This document shows positions 59,248 to 64,000 of a stretch of 64,000 nucleotides of DNA, piece after piece. A program made the translations under genes and the position numbers. Where the stretch lies: positions 3,100,001-3,164,000 of the forward strand of contig CM074811.1 in the NCBI GenBank assembly GCA_037447605.1. The letters run 5' to 3'. Numbering within the stretch: position 1 is the stretch's first letter; the number at the start of each line of letters is the position of its first letter. The notes beneath the pieces were generated by a model that had not been told where the DNA came from, did no database searches, and worked only from the letters and a program-made list of their open reading frames with translations. This DNA comes from Zygnema circumcarinatum SAG 698-1b (lineage: Eukaryota; Plantae; Zygnematophyceae).

Positions 59248-62200
59248 GTGTCCTGCATCCCAACGTCACATGAGTGCGAAGGCAGTGAGTCGGAATGTAA
59301 GCTTACTTCCAACTCTTGCTTCTGTTTTCCTGCATCAGCTTGCAAACACTGTACTTCAGGAAATCGAGATCAGAAATTACATGATAACATTCTTAGTAAC
59401 ATAGAAAACTTTATATGCAATGTGATTTCCAAACAGGTATTACCTGCAATACTAATTTTTTTAAGTAGAAAATAATCAGATTTGGCAATCAAAGCTCCTG
59501 CTTACAATATCTTCGTCCAGCATGCTTGCAGGTATCTGTTCCAAAATCTGGAGCTCGCGTCGGAAAGAAGCGTGGATTGCATGACATATTCTCCACGCTA
59601 AACAGAATGGTTCATACACATAAAGAAGACATCGCTTTGCAAGAGAGGAAAGAAAGCAGCTGGACTTCTTTGTTTAGTCTGGAAATCGATTCAGAGGAGA
59701 CGCAAGAAGAAGCGGATAGTGAACCAGAAGATTGGACCGCCATGGATTCAGGGTTGGTTAACCACAGTCAGGAAGCAGACGGCAAGCAGGGCCAGAAACG
59801 AAAGATAATCGTGGACGCTAAAGTAAGCGGTGTTGGTGAAGCTCCAGTTACCAAAACAGAGGCAGAGAGTGAGGGAAAGGGGGTGAAAGGGAGGAAGAAG
59901 ACAGGCATGCGAGTGCGGAAGGTAGTGCTCCCTCCGACTCAAATCATCCAGGAAAATCAACTTTCTGGAGGGGTATGCTGCTGCTCAAAACCTTTTATGA
60001 AAATCCTTAATTTTTTAAATGCTTAAAATGTTAAAAACTCTGAAAATGTAGAGTACACAATACATTCCAGCTGTAACAGACAGGGGAGGGTTTCAGGTCT
60101 TCTAATTCTGACGGAATTTTGGTCCTATTTTCGCTTTTCAGGAAGCGCTCGGTCGTGGGTTGATTAGCGTAATTGTGTCTGGATTCAACTTGATACTCTC
60201 CGTCTCTCTCTCTCTCTTGGATTTTGTAGGTGAATCATGTTACAAAACAGCTGAACTCACCAAGACTGCAGCCGAGTAAGTCGTTCTCCAATGACCATGC
60301 GCTACTCCCCGGCTTATATTTTCTAATTTTTTGTAAATTTGCTCAAATTTCTCGAACAATTCCAGGTACATTGGTCACAAAAAAAATGGAAATGCATGAT
60401 TAAAGCGGCGACTCTTGAACATCTGAATACGTTTTTGATGTTTTGCAATCCACAGAAAGGCTAAGAGAGCGGAATTTCCATGTGTGACTTGGACTTGTGA
60501 CTGCAGCTGGATTCGTGGCAAAATCAGACCAAGTTAAGGGGGGCTCATTGAATGCACCGATTTCGCTTGATTCGGATGATGAAGGGGAAGGCGGTGCTCA
60601 GCAAATCCATTCCTTTCAGGAAAATAAGGGGGTCCAAGTTGCCCCTATTAATGTGCGTCCACAACGACGTCCGCCACTTGGAAACATCACAAACAGTGCT
60701 GTGAAAGTACCGAACTCGATAAAGAAAGGAGAAGAACCATCGCATCTCCAAGGGCAACCTCCCATTTTGCCTCCAAATAAGGAAGTCCATCGCGCAGCTC
60801 TTTTGGCGAAGGTCAGTGAAGAATGCCTGTGCGTGTTAATCGACATGCACAGGCATGCTTCATATACATTGCTATCTTGCAAAGAATATTTATCTGTCTG
60901 CCAATGTTCAATGATGCTGGCTTATGGTGGGAGTGTTTCTAACTACAGACCTATGCTTAGCACACGTGAGGGCTGCCAAACTAAGTAAATGCTTTCTTTT
61001 CCTTTGAGATTGGCACAATTTCGTGCTATTTGACAGCATAGAGGCTTTAGTGGGAACGAGAGGTTTGAGCATCAGGCAGCGAATAGAATTCAGCAAAAAA
61101 TGGTTCTTACAGCGGTTTATTCGATTTTTACGCCGATCCTTATTTACTACTCCTCCTGCGCGCCCCTTTTTTTTTTGTCCTTTTTTCCTTCCCCATCATT
61201 CTTCTTGCAGTTGTCGGATGACTACAACGAACTTTTGGAAAGATATGACAAGCTGCAGGTGCTTCTTACTCGCTTCAATGAATCAATTCACTCTTTTCTT
61301 CTCCCTTTTCCCTTTTCCACTTTTCCCCTTTATTTCTTTATCGTTTGTCCTCGCTCCTTTTTTTTTTTTTTCGTTCTATTTGGTTTTCAGGTGTTTTTTC
61401 GCGTGTTCTGAGGAAGGGTATTTTTTCTGCAGGCTGGAAGATTTGAGGAGTTTGAGAGCGTGTTTGCTCTCCAACGGGAGAGAGTCGAGCATTATTCCGA
61501 AGGTGCAAAACATATGAACTTATGAAGTGCTTTGCTTTCATATTTTTCGTCCATCGTTGCTGTCATGAGATTTAACAATCGAAATGGGGAAAACGGAAAC
61601 GGAAATAGGCGTCTTTTTTTCCTTTCCATGCTTTCGAAATTGCTTCTAAGATTTCAGGAGTTTGCATTAACTTGCATTAGATGATTCCGTCAAAAAAAAA
61701 AAAAAGAATCGGCGGAAGTTCAAACCAGACGCTCAGATCGTTGTAGATCTGCATTGATTGGTTTTGGACGTTTAGCTGTCCCGTGTAGCTAGCTTCCTTC
61801 CTTCTCCTAACTAGGTTTATGACTTCACAATTTTTATGGCAGCCGCCAAAAATATGGTTACTCTCTACAAGATGCAAGTGGAGGAGGTTACCGCACATCT
61901 CGAGAAAGAGGGATTCCTTAAACTTCAAAGAAAGTGCAGGTAGGCAAAGGAAGGGGGGGGGGTTGGGGGGAGAGAGGGTAGGTAGCTCTTTTATCATCTT
62001 GTCAATTCCTTGCTTTTTTCAAGCTTGGGTGGACTCTGTTGCAGAGCTACAACAGGTTATCGCGTAATATCCTTTGTATGCATGTGAATGAATTATGTGC
62101 GCTTAAGACTGTCTTGGATGAACTTAGAATTATGAAGCAATGCTCTTCAAAATCTCTGGGGTTGACTGACAAGCGAGATATTTCTCTCAATCAGTACATG

Positions 62201-63816
62201 AGAGGGTTTTGGAGTGCAGAGAAATCGAGCAGATAAATTGTTCGCTCGTAGTCGCATTTGACGAGCAGAGCGCGCGAGTGTGTGAATTGGAAGCTCATTG
62301 TGAGTGTTCTGAATCCTTAAGAGATGCAATTTGATGCTAAAAAACTTCAGAGAAAGTGTTTTCACGTGAGTTGGGCATGTCATTTCCTACCTTTTCAATG
62401 AAGCCGCGAATGCACTGAGGTTCACTGCTCTCTGGGCAGTGAACCTCTGCTTGTGAATGACTTTGCACACATTTTCCAGCCTCTAATTCCTTTTGTTTTG
62501 CTGTTAATCCTCTCTGAGCAGGTGAAGAGCTCAGAGAAAGAGAGCGCGAACTTACTGCTGCTCTAGAAAGTGCTCAAAGGGAAATCGGAAACCTTACAAT
62601 GGGAGGTAGACAACCACGAATGGATCAGAAATGTGTATCCCAAGGACTGGATTTATCTCCTTCTGTGGTTATGGGAGGGGCATCTCCCTTCGGTTCCGGT
62701 TCCGTTGTAACAAACGGCAACACCATGCGTGCAACTCTTCAAGAAAATGTCCTTGCTGCGGAAATCAGACATAATGGCGATTCGGCTGAGACTTCGCAAC
62801 TGATGGAAGATTTAGCTTATTCCAAGGTGTTGAACCCTGAAGCAAAGGAAAGTACGGAGCGAGAATGCATGGGAGGAGAAGGTGCAAGAGTGCAAGTTAA
62901 GGGGGCAGTAATGCAGGAAGAGAAGGAACTGAATTTTATTCAGAGAGATGGCAAGGAGGGGGGTTGGCAGACAGAGGGGACTCCAGAAGAGGAGGGCGAC
63001 GAGGAGGAGGAGGAGAAGGAGGAGAAGGTGGAGAGAGGGCTCATAGAGTGGAGGGAGTGGTTGTCGGCCTTCCCCGGAATACTCACCTCCTACAATGGGC
63101 CGACCACTCTGTTCAAGCACGAGCCATCAGGTTAGTAAGTGGGGAGTAAGAGGGAAAAGGGTAAGAGGCGGGTGGGAGAGAGGGGGCGGGAGAAATGGAG
63201 GACAATGGAAGGGAGCAGGGAGGGTGTGGTAGAGGTTAAGGGGGGGTGTAGGGAGAGGAGAGCCAGGAGTGAGAAAATTGGGAGCGATGAGAGACCGGAG
63301 GGAGGAGATTGGTGTATATGTGTGTGTTTGTGAGAGAAATAGATGGGGGGAATTGAGCAGAAGGAAAACTGAAAGGGGGCGAAAAAGGAATGGTGGAGAG
63401 AGAGCGAGTCGAACAGACGACAATGAGGGGATGTAGATAAAAGGACCTTTGTGGCTTCTGAGAACGTTTAATTTGAAAGTTCAGTTTGAACTTCTGTTTG
63501 CTGATCCCGAGGTTGATCCTGATGCTCCACACAATTCCACTTTGCAGGATTTGCTTTCGAGTTGGGCCCTGTTCCCAAGGTGGAGGTTGAGTGCAGCCCC
63601 GACGGCCCCCCGGAGAGAGCGTCTCTCACAGGGCTGACGGAGGTGGAGGCAGACGAGATATACTACCACACCATCGCCCTTGGAAAGGCTGCCACGTGTG
63701 CTTCTGCCGACCTACCAGGGTGGGTGGTAGACGACGAGGATGGGATCTGCTTCTCCCCCAAAGAGGCTCCCAAGTTCTTTTCCAAATTGGAGGCGCTGTT
63801 CAGCACTGCGTTCTGA
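59248..63816 (+). CDS. TITAN9 / Csm1 (monopolin)-like coiled-coil + RWD kinetochore protein with a long N-terminal extension; true start upstream of 59248 unresolved
   Basis: Coiled-coil exons YNELLERYDKLQ|AGRFEEFESVFALQRERVEHYSE|AAKNMVTLYK resemble the TTN9 N-terminus as I recall it (YAKLYDKYTKL..KK.SE..E.N.EQEEKF..FVSA.EE). The C-terminus HEPSG|FAFEL...EIYYHTIALGK...LPGW...ICFSPKEAPKFFSKL resembles TTN9 HPTTGLSFSL...LLY...SLGT...APEW...IKFS.SMCP.FF.RV. Confidence 0.72.
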
Positions 63817-63829
63817 GGGCCATCCTATC

Positions 63830-63990
63830 CCATGTCAAGGCGTACCATCCCAGGCCATGCCATGCCATGCATGCCATCGATGCCATCCCATGCCATGTCA
63901 TAGCGTCATAAGGTCTGGCGTACCATCCCAGGCCATGCCATCGCATCCTTTGCGAGGCCATACCATCACGTGTCATGGCGTGCATGGCTT
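63830..63990 (+). repeat. Degenerate (CCATG)n pentamer tract; similar tracts at ~16405-16440, 35590-35685 and 58120-58235
   Basis: Read directly from the sequence. Confidence 0.8.
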
Positions 63991-64000
63991 AATGCAAATC

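Overview
Eukaryotic, intron-rich nuclear DNA from the plant lineage. The genes are plant-type (MSI4/FVE, ARFB1, At5g51150-type TMEM135, an LRR receptor N-terminus, TITAN9-like), and a streptophyte alga is my inference, not something the sequence proves. It is a scaffolded assembly with thirteen 10-N gaps. 1-8.7 kb: a nested retrotransposon stack. A Ty1/copia element (+) sits in the 3' LTR of a Ty3/gypsy chromovirus (-), which itself sits in an exon of an LRR receptor-like gene (-). The chromovirus has a degenerate N6-adenine-methyltransferase-like segment between gag and protease, an internal 209-bp perfect foldback made from a related LTR end, and an inverted piece of gag. 9.7-14.8 kb: DNA-transposon and repeat debris, including a probably artefactual 1390-bp duplication. 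15-48 kb: TMEM135-like (-), MSI4/FVE-like with a ~400-aa acidic repeat tail (+), ARFB1 (-), a plastid-type GNAT acetyltransferase (+), an intron-poor GH30 endo-beta-1,6-galactanase-like gene with a frameshift (-) and a DUF3445/HDOD-like gene (-). Their introns are filled with telomere-like (CCCTAA/AAACCCT) minisatellites and CT tracts. 48.4-54 kb: a MITE, a non-autonomous hAT element with an 8-bp TSD, a gag-retaining decayed Copia with young LTRs, and a CCATTGG motif cluster. 54.6-64 kb: an unidentified gene, then SPC25 (-) head-to-head with a Csm1/TITAN9-like gene (+), i.e. two RWD-type kinetochore genes. No rRNA, tRNA or CRISPR array is supportable. All family assignments come from motif recognition by eye; no database search was run, and exon boundaries are manual.
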